30,357 nt of DNA, from the IMG/VR virus record IMGVR_UViG_3300030095_003216, positions 1 to 30,357 of that record; one strand, 5' to 3'. Each line of letters opens with the position of its first letter. The stretch's first letter is position 1. Under the pieces are notes generated by a model that saw nothing but the letters and a program-made list of their open reading frames with translations, was not told where the DNA came from and made no database searches. The stretch comes from a virus (Duplodnaviria > Caudoviricetes). The translations under genes and the position numbers were made by a program. Shown piece by piece: positions 17,101-26,353 of the stretch.

Positions 17101-20100
17101 TTCTTGTACTTCTTTTGGTAAAGCATCTAGGAATTTTTGTTTAGTAGCTAAGTAATCTTCATTTTTTTCTATACCTTTTCTCATTGCATTAGTTTCTAGT
17201 TTATCTAATCCAACAATAGCATCATCTACAAATCCTATTAAACTTTTATCACCAATAACTTTACTTCCAATTCTTTCCTCTAATGCTTTAAGTTTATCTT
17301 TAACAAAGGTTTGATAACCATTCAAATCTGTATCTAATGGACCACCTTTCGAAGTAAGTCTTTGTAAAAATTGTAATGCATCTGATACAGATTTATTTAA
17401 GGCTACCATGTAATCTGTGCCAGAATCCTGGAATATTTTATTTTGCCCTTTTAGGAAATAATCATATACATGTTTTTTAAGAAAACCTGGAACGTAAACA
17501 TTGCCCAATTCTGGGTTTAATTCTGGTACAGGTTTGTTTGAAAAAATAGGGTTTTGTATTTTATTTGTTTGATTAATTACATTTAAGATTTGAGATTGAG
17601 TTTGGTTTTGTAACATCACCTCTTTCAACACACCTCTAAGTTCTTTCTGCCCCATAGCCCTGTATACTAATAACAAATTAGAAAAGTTTGAATTCGTAGG
17701 TATAAGAAATTCTTGTAAACGCCTATCTCTAATTATTTCTTGAGCAAGTAATATTTCAGCTTCCTGTTTTCCTTTCTGTGTTTTCTTTTTAAGTAATTGT
17801 TCTATTCGTTCAGTCATAGGTGTATACACAGATGCAAACTCTTCGTTTGTTTTACCAGGTTTGTTCATACGTTTTTTTAATTTTGCCATAAATCTTGGTA
17901 AATCATCTTCAACCATACTTTGTAATGCTTTGAATAAACTTGGTTGTGTTCTTTGTAATGCATTGGCTGATAACCTAGTGCTTTGCATTAAAGTAGTAAT
18001 AACTTCTTCAATATCTTGGACAACCGGATGAGTGTTATTTGAAGTCTTAATGTAGTTTCCTACAAATTTTTGGTAAGCTTTCATTAATTGATAATCTTGT
18101 AACTTGGTTCCCTTCTTAATACTTTTTACTTGTTTAATCATACTTGCTAAATCATCAGCAAAAGTTTCTATTCCTAATTGTCCTTCTAGTAATTTGTTAG
18201 TTGAATTAAATTCAGAAATCATTTTGATACCTTTATTTAATTGAAGCATGTTATCAATTACATCCAGTCTATTACCCATACGTTTAACAGAATTAGTTTT
18301 TAATTCACCAAATAATTCCTGTAATCTTTTCATACTGTTTGCAACTGTATTTCTTGCTCCTGGTGTGCCTAATTTATAAAACTGGTCTACTAATTTTTCT
18401 TGTGCTTTTTGCATTGCTTTTTCTTTTTTAGCTAATCGCTTAAAGTTACCAGGACTTAAATCTGTTGGGTCTAAACCGTAATGAGCTAGTAAAGCTCGAC
18501 TCTTAATGTTATCAATAAATTCTTCTGCTATCTCTTTTAAGTTTCCTTGAGTTGCTTTACCGTTGTTACCGTGTTTACCCGTTAATGCTTTTTGTCCTTG
18601 AAGTATTTTTGTATTTCTAGTAGTTTTAGCTCCATTGTTGTACAATTTTTTTGACATAAACTTTCCAACATTTTTGTTACCTTTTGACATTGCAGTAACA
18701 AGCGGATGTTCTAATATATACAATAAATCTCGTGTAAGTTCTTTTATTTCTCGATAATTCAAAGGAAGAGCTATGTCCTTACCAGTTGGTGCAGCATGTT
18801 TTTCAGTAGTTTTACGCATTAATTTGGACTCTGTTCTTTTAATTACGTTAATTAATTTGTCGTTTTTATTTAATCCAAATGTTCGTGCATAATCTTTTAC
18901 GGCTGTAAGTAAGCGAAAATCTCTTTTAAGTTTATTTGCTGCACTGTTCAATCCTTTTTCTTGTATCAAATAGTTTATATCTGTGAGTAGGTCATCTCCT
19001 TCTCGGAACTTAAGGTTTTTATTTGTTAAACCTAATGTCCGAATAAGAAAATAATATGTCTCTTCGGGAATTATTGCAGTTTGAAAAAACGGTGACACTC
19101 TTAATTTGGCATGTTTTTGGTATCTATAATGGGGTTCTTTGAACTGCGTCTCAAAAGCTAGTGATTTTTTTTCTTCAACAATTTCTTTCAGATTTACTCG
19201 AGCATTGTTAATCTCTTTTTCTCTCGTAGCAAATTGTTCTACTTTTTCTTTAGTAAATCCTCTTGTTTTTTTAACGCCACTAAAATAATCATCCCATCTT
19301 TTTTCTAAGATAGCTAAATTTTCTGCGTCTGTTTTATTAGCGGACACACCCACTGCACTATTCCATTCTTTTAATCTTGTTTCACCCATTCCTAGTTTTT
19401 TCTTATTTTGTATTTTTTTATTCAAAGCTGTTTTGAACATACTTATTAAGGAACTTTGTCCTGTTGGGCTACCTGTAGTACCTCCTGCGGTAAACAAATC
19501 TCTAATAAGTTTATCCCCATTGTAATACGCACTATCTAATTCATTAATAATTGTTTTATGTAATGCTTCTATAGTTTCTGGACTATATTGAAATCCGCCT
19601 TTATTAAACGACATTAACAATGGGTTAACAAATTCATTTATTATATTATCAAATTCATCTAAGGATTGTTCAAATACTGTACTTGCCCGTGCTTTATGTT
19701 CTTTTTCAATTTTTTTATTTAACCTATTAGTTGTATTTTCTATTCCGTTAATAGTAGAAATCTTAGCATTTTTTGGTAAAGGTATATCATGGTTATTTAT
19801 TATTGCACTTATTTTTTTCAAATATACATTCGTAGCTTGTACAACTCCTTGTTCTACTTTTTCTATCAACATATTTATTTCATTAAATACACCTTTGTTT
19901 TCTGTTTTAAGTTGTTTAATTTTATCTAAGAAAGCTACGGTTGCTTCGTCTCCTCCAGCTGCAAACCTAAGTTTTTCTAATTCTTTTTCTGAGGCATTCA
20001 TCATTTCACTGATAGTTTTTAAGTTAAGAGGTTTACCATTTATTTCTAAGGGGTTGCCATCTGGAGATACTATTGACCCGTCTTTTGTAGTGCCAGGAAT

Positions 20101-20991
20101 ATTTGGATGTTGTTTGTTTGTATTTCCGATTAATTTATTTTTTCCGTATTTATAGGCAGTCTTGAATCCTGGAATTAATATATGATTAAATGCTAGAGGA
20201 TAACCTCCTGCATAAAGAACACCATCAATCCATGAGTGATTAAGTGATTTCCATATTCCTGTTTCTAATCCAAAAGCTAGTGCTGTATCTACCGCAGCTT
20301 GTTGCGAACCTAGAGTCTTAGCCGTTGCATCAGATAAACCTTTTAGTCCTGGTACATTTCTTACTTTATTTAATTTGGAAGCTACATTTGCTACAGGTGT
20401 AGTTGCACTAATTAAATTTCGAGCTACTAACGCACCGGCTACCTTACCACTTCCAGCTTTTGACATACGCCATACGCCATAGAACTGTGTAAGTTCTCCC
20501 ATTGCATAAGCTGTAGTTTCCAAAGCACTTTCAACAGAATTGTAAGTGCCCATTTCTTTTCTGTAACGGTCTCGTATTTCTTTATCCGGTATCTGATTAG
20601 TAGTAAGACCTTGAAATAAACCAGAATAAAGTGATTGAAGCATTGTTGGGTCATAGTTTGTTGATTGGTCCATGTTTGGAAAGGCTGAATCTAACCAACG
20701 AGTCAATTGTTGTTTGTTAGTCCAATCACTACTTACAACATAATTTCGAAACTTACCAAGTAATGAGCCTTCTATTTTATTCGTGTTTACAGCTAAGTCA
20801 TCATCTGTATCATCTTCAGTTTGCGGAAATATTATTTCAGGATTACCAGAGGTATTACCATAAATACCTTTGTCTGTACTGTTAATCAGATGATTGTCTA
20901 ATAAATTACCATAGTCTTTACCGGGTGCAGTACCCGAAGACTCTTGTTTAAGTTTGTCCTGTTGTAATTGTTTTAATAAAAGCCTACTCAT
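14182..20991 (-). CDS. very large internal virion / DNA ejection protein (T7 gp16-position analogue)
   Basis: 2269 aa, predominantly helical, last of three ejection-type genes. Contains KTNHLYNSAN...LKAYNLYKKF followed by a hydrophobic Gly/Ala segment, as I recall from podovirus ejection proteins. Confidence 0.7.
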   Translation of the reverse strand: MSRLLLKQLQQDKLKQESSGTAPGKDYGNLLDNHLINSTDKGIYGNTSGNPEIIFPQTEDDTDDDLAVNTNKIEGSLLGKFRNYVVSSDWTNKQQLTRWLDSAFPNMDQSTNYDPTMLQSLYSGLFQGLTTNQIPDKEIRDRYRKEMGTYNSVESALETTAYAMGELTQFYGVWRMSKAGSGKVAGALVARNLISATTPVANVASKLNKVRNVPGLKGLSDATAKTLGSQQAAVDTALAFGLETGIWKSLNHSWIDGVLYAGGYPLAFNHILIPGFKTAYKYGKNKLIGNTNKQHPNIPGTTKDGSIVSPDGNPLEINGKPLNLKTISEMMNASEKELEKLRFAAGGDEATVAFLDKIKQLKTENKGVFNEINMLIEKVEQGVVQATNVYLKKISAIINNHDIPLPKNAKISTINGIENTTNRLNKKIEKEHKARASTVFEQSLDEFDNIINEFVNPLLMSFNKGGFQYSPETIEALHKTIINELDSAYYNGDKLIRDLFTAGGTTGSPTGQSSLISMFKTALNKKIQNKKKLGMGETRLKEWNSAVGVSANKTDAENLAILEKRWDDYFSGVKKTRGFTKEKVEQFATREKEINNARVNLKEIVEEKKSLAFETQFKEPHYRYQKHAKLRVSPFFQTAIIPEETYYFLIRTLGLTNKNLKFREGDDLLTDINYLIQEKGLNSAANKLKRDFRLLTAVKDYARTFGLNKNDKLINVIKRTESKLMRKTTEKHAAPTGKDIALPLNYREIKELTRDLLYILEHPLVTAMSKGNKNVGKFMSKKLYNNGAKTTRNTKILQGQKALTGKHGNNGKATQGNLKEIAEEFIDNIKSRALLAHYGLDPTDLSPGNFKRLAKKEKAMQKAQEKLVDQFYKLGTPGARNTVANSMKRLQELFGELKTNSVKRMGNRLDVIDNMLQLNKGIKMISEFNSTNKLLEGQLGIETFADDLASMIKQVKSIKKGTKLQDYQLMKAYQKFVGNYIKTSNNTHPVVQDIEEVITTLMQSTRLSANALQRTQPSLFKALQSMVEDDLPRFMAKLKKRMNKPGKTNEEFASVYTPMTERIEQLLKKKTQKGKQEAEILLAQEIIRDRRLQEFLIPTNSNFSNLLLVYRAMGQKELRGVLKEVMLQNQTQSQILNVINQTNKIQNPIFSNKPVPELNPELGNVYVPGFLKKHVYDYFLKGQNKIFQDSGTDYMVALNKSVSDALQFLQRLTSKGGPLDTDLNGYQTFVKDKLKALEERIGSKVIGDKSLIGFVDDAIVGLDKLETNAMRKGIEKNEDYLATKQKFLDALPKEVQEILTEFYDLTWKYAAQYNRMIDDIQAQVAKGTVFDDIGEQIPWREGMAGLQKIERRDNYFPRIFNLNNQETYTLMFSIKDKTGKLLPAQKVPIRYLDKSNEVHSLENLHYSMSLHVEKMKLKKGEDIVYTFRPNGRPIDRVDATGQPEVSSRLRLLLDDTDQLTAMNHSQVKKLLNEGNFDFKTFYHNAFVAGPSMSKPRLGLRPDYEQNHVTALGIYMNRLARHIAMIKPTAESDSVIAHLRKQPELAKDGIQDASAYISTVTTQIDDALGRPSPTIKMLNKAINELATRARKIQGINELKEPLDFRKVVNFNNTMNYYTQFGINPMAALIQTSMAVTSVGPAAGGKYLMNHFTKHNGQNFRRDVGDYITMNNPAAQTGELKAITAQKRKRFNSFPKKYRDEIEDMAQLYEENNLNLDSGHALLLADTHVSDVGREAKSWLGKKGEQYAAIGDWATTLFRQGDIIPRKLALRIAYLASDEVFTNVITKLNKLNLNWQKETYNSTKIISMIKQERGMSQLNPLEEAAMELIVNSAARKYTKSGRGKYFTKTGKGNTYTYQVNRDFKKDLATRFQEKTNHLYNSANNTGFMNNQTLKAYNLYKKFAVKEFERMTGLVQKGQYEAAVGSIAGYGAIAGGLGIPFARDILNFYSWLYKTSMIEGGIVPDLGSGLPVPELLDPEYALRSSGDSWFEKLALTGVASIAGLDLSQAGAVNMSSHFDPRGTGFLKSTSGAADLAMNVVMGDTYIKISKLMRAFNWGGTSADSQQIISNAGDKAYVDGEHDYALRVLESISSFIPGADRMMKLFTVPAGVAPLDYRGRPSNVYNEVFKSGETDSYMDMLPAGIFKALGGKSVDESMYEMSKSGRRRSELTEAVAGRQQRAMKDIVRLQVKIQRAKAIGDKDTVQGLTMDIKHIAQEYEITNKMIENFVIKHGMGKVTKTPRNAAERLMLQQDLDTATIDPNTGKYVPMRDR
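15107..15123. repeat. 17-bp palindromic motif copy (TCGGGTACAATACCCCC)
   Basis: 3 mismatches to consensus, intragenic. Confidence 0.7.
20921..20937. repeat. 17-bp palindromic motif copy (CCGGGTGCAGTACCCGA)
   Basis: 2 mismatches to consensus, near the 5' end of the 2269-aa gene. Confidence 0.8.
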
Positions 20992-21003
20992 CCTATCTCC
21001 TGT

Positions 21004-23139
21004 TTACGTGTATGATATCTCACTCAAAATGTCTTGTTCGTATTTTGGGTCTATACCGTTTTCTTGTAAAAATGATTGTAAATATGTGCCTGGGTTTATA
21101 CCTAAAGCTGACAGTTGTGGAAGTTGTGCAGATATTACTGTCGCTATTGTTGTCACATCAGTTGCTGTTAACTCATCTGTTACATCAGTGTCTAAGTCTG
21201 GTTCATCGGGTGTTTCTGCTGTAGCAAACTCTAGTCCTGTAGTATCTCCAATCCCCATAACCATACCACCTGTAGTGTCAGTCTTTCCTAATGCTTCATA
21301 TAATTTAATTAAAGCATCTGTATTACTACTTCCTGGGTGTACTTTTTTAATTAGTTCTTTTTTATCCGCAGAACTTAAACCTACTAATTCAGTAGCTATA
21401 ATCTTAGAAGCATCTTCATCAGAAGAATAATAAGACTTAGCTGTATTATTAGCGTATAAATTAATTGAATCTGTATTTATTGTAGTAGTTTGATTTATTC
21501 TTTTATCTTTAATTTGATTTCTTAAAGCTAGAAACGGTGCAATTTTTTCGTATAATTCACCTTCTATTGTTTTCTTTATTTTTTCATTTCTCGATGTTGT
21601 TCTTTCAAATTTTTCCCCTTCTATTTTCGGTATGTTTGATTTAGCTAATGCTGCTTCACTAGAAATTACACCAATAAAATTGTTAATTTGCAGTATGTCA
21701 CCTGTAAGTAATACTTCTTCAAAAGCTTCTGATAAATTAAATCCTAATTTTTCATTAAGAAAATCTAAGTCATAAGTACTTACAATACCATTGAAAGTAG
21801 CTGAAGCGTTATCAAAATAACCGTATTTATCAGTTGCTAATACTTCATTTGAAAAATCTAATTTTTCTTTATTTTTTAAGTCTGCTGCTGATTTAGCTGT
21901 TGCAACATACTCTCCCATTTCTAGATTAAGATTACGTACATATTGTTCAAAGGTTAAATCTGCTGTACCGTCAATTTCCATTTCTTCTTTGTATTTCTCA
22001 TATCCTTGTACCTGCATTTGGGCTCTTACTGATGCATCTTTATCCAGTAATGTTTCTGCTGAAGCCATTAAAAAATTTTCTGTATCAGCTACTCCTAACA
22101 GTTTACTATTAACTCCGCCATCAGATGTAAGAATCTCATTTTTCATAAAATCAACAAGCATATTTATACCTTCAAGTCTAGTTATTTGACCTTGGTTTAT
22201 TTGATGATTAATTATACTAAGTTGACCTCGAGTTATATTTTCAAACTTATAACCTTTGAAAACTTCCTCATCGTCAAATGCTAATTCTCCTGTAGGTTGA
22301 CCTTTGAAATCTTTTTCATCTACAGTTTCAATTTCAGTTTTACCTATGGATATAGGAATATCTGCGTAGCTTAAGTTTTCTGGAATTCTAAATATAGGTT
22401 TGCCATCTTCATCTCTAATTATTGTTCCCGTACCTGTTTCACCCGATGAAAATATTGTGTAGTTTAAGGCACTTCTTGGTTTAACAAATCTGTCTTTACC
22501 CCTTATTGAAAATCCTCCGGCACCATCTGGAGGTGTAACATCATAATGTTTCTTTTCAAATTTATCATTGTTTTTATTGTATTGTGTTTTTGCATTATTA
22601 ACATCTGTTGTAGTTTGGTCAGACGGTTGAGCCCCATCATGTAATGCTATAAGTTCTCCTATTTGGTTAGTTCTCTCTATATCAGTTAAGGCAGCATTGT
22701 CTTGAATTGCTTTAATTTGAGGACCAAACACAGGGTCATTTGCAACGCTGTCGATACGTTTAGCAATATAAGCTTTCTTAGCATTTATCTGACTTGTAAG
22801 TGCATCTACTGAGCTTATACCTTTTTCTATAGCAAGTTTTGCAGTTGGGTCATCAACACCTTCATTAATTCCTTCAGCTATACCTACACCTGGATTAGTC
22901 ATTGTTGTTACGTCAGCCCCATAAATACCAGAACCACCTTTACTTTCAGCCCCTGTATTTAAGATGTCATAATTTTCATCAGCTCGTGCTACACCAATAC
23001 CAGTTCCGGAAGTTTTATCTTTGAGTCTTTCTAGCTCACCTCTAGCCATTTCAGATACTGCACGTTGCGATTTCTCTTTGTCAGATGGAAAGTTTACGCT
23101 TATCCCGCCTATATTAAAATTTTTTAATTTTATGCCCAT
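21004..23139 (-). CDS. putative internal virion / ejection protein
   Basis: 711-aa ORF with SD AGGAG; function inferred from synteny only. Confidence 0.6.
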   Translation of the reverse strand: MGIKLKNFNIGGISVNFPSDKEKSQRAVSEMARGELERLKDKTSGTGIGVARADENYDILNTGAESKGGSGIYGADVTTMTNPGVGIAEGINEGVDDPTAKLAIEKGISSVDALTSQINAKKAYIAKRIDSVANDPVFGPQIKAIQDNAALTDIERTNQIGELIALHDGAQPSDQTTTDVNNAKTQYNKNNDKFEKKHYDVTPPDGAGGFSIRGKDRFVKPRSALNYTIFSSGETGTGTIIRDEDGKPIFRIPENLSYADIPISIGKTEIETVDEKDFKGQPTGELAFDDEEVFKGYKFENITRGQLSIINHQINQGQITRLEGINMLVDFMKNEILTSDGGVNSKLLGVADTENFLMASAETLLDKDASVRAQMQVQGYEKYKEEMEIDGTADLTFEQYVRNLNLEMGEYVATAKSAADLKNKEKLDFSNEVLATDKYGYFDNASATFNGIVSTYDLDFLNEKLGFNLSEAFEEVLLTGDILQINNFIGVISSEAALAKSNIPKIEGEKFERTTSRNEKIKKTIEGELYEKIAPFLALRNQIKDKRINQTTTINTDSINLYANNTAKSYYSSDEDASKIIATELVGLSSADKKELIKKVHPGSSNTDALIKLYEALGKTDTTGGMVMGIGDTTGLEFATAETPDEPDLDTDVTDELTATDVTTIATVISAQLPQLSALGINPGTYLQSFLQENGIDPKYEQDILSEISYT

Positions 23140-23151
23140 AGTATTATCTCC

Positions 23152-24423
23152 TTAACCACCTATGCCAATACCAAGCTGAATTGGTTGTAGATTAAATGAG
23201 CTACTTCTAGCTGATGATGTTCCATAAGAACTTCCTGGTCCAGCTGTAGCCATGTTACCCATAAATGTGTAAATAAATTGTTGTGTTCTTTCTTTGTTTT
23301 GTTCGACTTGTCTTTGTTCATCGACTGCTATACCAAACAGTTGCATCTGTTGTTGGTTCATTGCTAACTGCATTTGAGTATGTGCATTTATTTTGCTTAA
23401 TTGTTTTGCCGATTCAAGTTCTAACATTTTAATATTCTTAGATAAAGTTAAACTTTGTTGTTGCTCTCCTCGTTGTAATAAATCTGATAGTAATGAAACA
23501 CCAGTTTGTCTAGCCTGGTACAAAGTACCTAGGGCTTGAACTCTTGCTTGAGCTAGTTGAGCATTTGTATTCTTAGCTATATCTAGAACTCCATCTTTAA
23601 TTGCATTTAGTGCAGCACCTGAAGTAGCTATACCTTGAGCAGCAAAATCTCCAAGAGTTGCTTTTAATAAATCTTCCCCTTGGGTTGCAGCTGTTTCATA
23701 TATAGCAGTAGATAATTTATCTAACTCAGCTTCCATACCTGCGTCTGTACTATCGTCAAAAATATTTATCATAAATGAAGTCATTGCATTTGGTAATCCT
23801 TCAAATATTTCTGTCACTTCATCTTGTAATGGAGTTGGGTCTGGTAATGTCATTGCACCGTCTGCTCCAGACATTCTATATATTTCTGACATTTGTTCTG
23901 AACTTGCCGCAACTGGGTCTTGCACCATGTTAATTACATTTGAAGTAAGTTGTCTAGTTTCTTCTGGTAGTTCTCCTGCTTCATACTTTGCAAAGAAGTC
24001 CTTATACTTAGCATCATCAAAACTAGGTAAGATAGATTCTGCTTGGTCTCTTAACTCTTGTTCAGCAGATTCCACTCCAGTAGATAGCTCTTGGTTAGCT
24101 CTTACTCCACGGTCTAATCTAGGGTCTTGACTACTTGCTATAGGACCTGGTGAACCTGGTAATGCAGATTTTCTTGGAGTTGTTAACGTATCAAGATAAT
24201 CTTTAGTACTATCATAACCTTGTGCTACACCATAACCAACTTTTCCCCCATCGGGTCTACGCAGTGCACCTTCTCGTGTACCACTTCTATCAGTTATAAA
24301 TCCTCCTGTATTTGTACTTCCCGGAAAGAAAGCCTCTTGTATCATATTAGAGTAAAATGATTGTTGTGAACTTGGTCCACTAACTGACATTTGTCTACTC
24401 CTTGATTTACTTTTACCACCCAT
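23152..24423 (-). CDS. putative internal virion / ejection (pilot-like) protein
   Basis: MGGKSKSRSRQ N-terminus, Gln/Ala-rich helices, Gly/Ser-rich end; follows the GNAT-like gene. Confidence 0.65.
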   Translation of the reverse strand: MGGKSKSRSRQMSVSGPSSQQSFYSNMIQEAFFPGSTNTGGFITDRSGTREGALRRPDGGKVGYGVAQGYDSTKDYLDTLTTPRKSALPGSPGPIASSQDPRLDRGVRANQELSTGVESAEQELRDQAESILPSFDDAKYKDFFAKYEAGELPEETRQLTSNVINMVQDPVAASSEQMSEIYRMSGADGAMTLPDPTPLQDEVTEIFEGLPNAMTSFMINIFDDSTDAGMEAELDKLSTAIYETAATQGEDLLKATLGDFAAQGIATSGAALNAIKDGVLDIAKNTNAQLAQARVQALGTLYQARQTGVSLLSDLLQRGEQQQSLTLSKNIKMLELESAKQLSKINAHTQMQLAMNQQQMQLFGIAVDEQRQVEQNKERTQQFIYTFMGNMATAGPGSSYGTSSARSSSFNLQPIQLGIGIGG

Positions 24424-24823
24424 AATGTTCTCCTACTTCATCTGCATTTATTTCATATATAAATACTGACGGTTTTTTATTAAATAATTTTTCTATTAAT
24501 CGTTTTGTTCTTCGTGTTCCTTGTATCTCAACTTTTCTAGAACTAAATCTTTTACAAAAGTCAGCAATACGTTTTAACCAAAATTTATACCTAGCTCTAT
24601 ATGCTTTATCTATGTATATAAATTCTAGATATAAATGCGGGTTCGTGTACCCGGATGTTACCATCCTGTAACCTATCATCCCAATAGGGTTTGAACCCCA
24701 TCCAAATTCTGTTAGTACATGCCAAGCTAACCCCTGCATAATAATTTCACGAGTCTGCTCTGGCTTTACCTCATCCATGTATTTGTCTATGTAATCTTCA
24801 AAGACATCTACCTGTTCTTGCAT
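24413..24823 (-). CDS. GNAT-fold acetyltransferase-like virion assembly protein
   Basis: IGMIGYR...LYLEFIYIDKAYR...IADFCKR...KVEIQG pattern; position between tail and ejection genes, as for T7 gp13. Confidence 0.6.
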   Translation of the reverse strand: MQEQVDVFEDYIDKYMDEVKPEQTREIIMQGLAWHVLTEFGWGSNPIGMIGYRMVTSGYTNPHLYLEFIYIDKAYRARYKFWLKRIADFCKRFSSRKVEIQGTRRTKRLIEKLFNKKPSVFIYEINADEVGEHYGW

Positions 24824-24978
24824 TCACATTCCTCAGTACAGTTACATTCTAGTAATTTCCTATATGTAACTATAGCTCCTTGTAAATAAGCTACAGAAGC
24901 TTTTGCTTGTTCAAACTGTTTTTCAAGCTCTTCAACCTCTTTTAGCTGTTCTTCTTTTTTATTGCATTCACAATTCAT
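24808..24978 (-). CDS. small coiled-coil protein with Cys-rich termini (56 aa)
   Basis: Translated by hand: MNCECNKKEEQLKEVEELEKQFEQAKASVAYLQGAIVTYRKLLECNCTEECECKNR. Fills the gap between the flanking genes. Confidence 0.7.
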   Translation of the reverse strand: MNCECNKKEEQLKEVEELEKQFEQAKASVAYLQGAIVTYRKLLECNCTEECECKNR

Positions 24979-24979
24979 G

Positions 24980-26353
24980 TTATACCCTCATCTCTACGGC
25001 AATAGCATTGCCAGTAATTTCTACTGATTTTTTGTTATACCCTATACCACTTGAAATATTGTTGGTAGTAAAATCATTTATTTGCAAAGTGCAGGTATAG
25101 ACTGTATTTGCAGCACTACCAAGACTACCATTAGGACTTACATCAATTGCCGCCAATGAATGACCGAATTGATTAATAATACTGTTATTATTTGAAGCAG
25201 TACTACTTCCGCCCCGTAACACTCCTTGAGCTAATACAGTAGACCCTTTTTTTATTTTAAGTGTTGCATCAAAATTTAGTATTTGCATAGTTATACCTGT
25301 TTCATTAGGTACATCTTTTGCTAAAACTATTGGATTAAAAAATATTAAAATATCACGCCCAATACTACTTACTGTTAACTCAGCTACAGTATTCTCACTT
25401 GAAGTAACAGTAGCACCTTGTTTAAATCCTGTTGCAGTGGGATGGTCACCACCCACTAAAGCAAACTCACCCGATTCATTTGAAGCCAAATCCGGAGTAG
25501 CTACAGTTTGAGTTGTAACAGCTCCTTCAGTAATATTACCTGTAGTTACAAGACTTCCCGTAATTGCCAAAGTTGAGTTATCCCAGTAAATATTGTTTCC
25601 ACCAGAAGGACCAAACCTAAATTTGCCATCGTTGTCAATGTCAATAGTTTGAGTTCCATCTGCCTTAAAGCAATCTAAGCCTGTAGATGTAAACTGTATC
25701 CTTGCCCCACTAGCTGCCGTTCTAAATATATTACCTGTCATTGTAGTTCCTGTGATAGTAGCTCCGTCAATACTTCCTGCTGTAATACTACCCAGGTTAG
25801 CTGTAATAGCTGACAAAGTTGTTGCTGATATCTCATCTGCTGTTACCGAGTTTGCTGCTAGTTCAGTTGCTGTTATAGTTCCTGCTGCAATTTGAGTTGC
25901 TGTTATTGAGTCCGCAGATATAATACCGCCATCTATAAACACACTACTACCTGTTTGAAACTTCACTGTACCACTTGCATCCATAACTTGTATACCGTAG
26001 TTATTAGTACCACTGCCTAACTTACCAAGTTTAACCCTAGTTTGTACAGGGTCCTGTGAATCTTTTATTTCTATTGTATTACTTGGACCATTTAATGCTA
26101 TTTTACTTTCAGCTCCAACATATACGTTATTTGTAAACTGTGTGTTAGATGAAATTTTTTCTGCTGATAAATCAAATATCTGTTCATTGCCTACTAAGAA
26201 TTCTGATTGTACTGCTAGTATAAAATCTAGTAATGCAGAATGCTGTGATTTTAAGAATGTAGGTAATTTAGTATCTACATACTCTAAGTATTCTCCAGCT
26301 TTGAATACAGGCGGACTAGGTAAAGCTACATCATCAAACTTACTGTAAGCCAC
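24980..26353 (-). CDS. tail fibre / spike protein
   Basis: RVKLGKL motif, about 10-aa repeats (ADSITATQIA AGTITATELA ANSVTADEIS), RTAASGARI and a beta-rich C-terminus. Confidence 0.7.
   Translation of the reverse strand: MAYSKFDDVALPSPPVFKAGEYLEYVDTKLPTFLKSQHSALLDFILAVQSEFLVGNEQIFDLSAEKISSNTQFTNNVYVGAESKIALNGPSNTIEIKDSQDPVQTRVKLGKLGSGTNNYGIQVMDASGTVKFQTGSSVFIDGGIISADSITATQIAAGTITATELAANSVTADEISATTLSAITANLGSITAGSIDGATITGTTMTGNIFRTAASGARIQFTSTGLDCFKADGTQTIDIDNDGKFRFGPSGGNNIYWDNSTLAITGSLVTTGNITEGAVTTQTVATPDLASNESGEFALVGGDHPTATGFKQGATVTSSENTVAELTVSSIGRDILIFFNPIVLAKDVPNETGITMQILNFDATLKIKKGSTVLAQGVLRGGSSTASNNNSIINQFGHSLAAIDVSPNGSLGSAANTVYTCTLQINDFTTNNISSGIGYNKKSVEITGNAIAVEMRV

Noticed and set aside
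14182-20991. Virion RNA polymerase (N4- or crAss-type), suggested by size
   Set aside because: I found no DxDGD/DFDID or T7-type polymerase motifs, and the C-terminus and synteny fit an ejection protein.
20954-21430. Plus-strand ORFs within the right arm (also 19895..20155, 24903..25100, 27853..28167)
   Set aside because: Antisense shadows of structural genes. The 24.9-kb gap is explained by the minus-strand 56-aa ORF.
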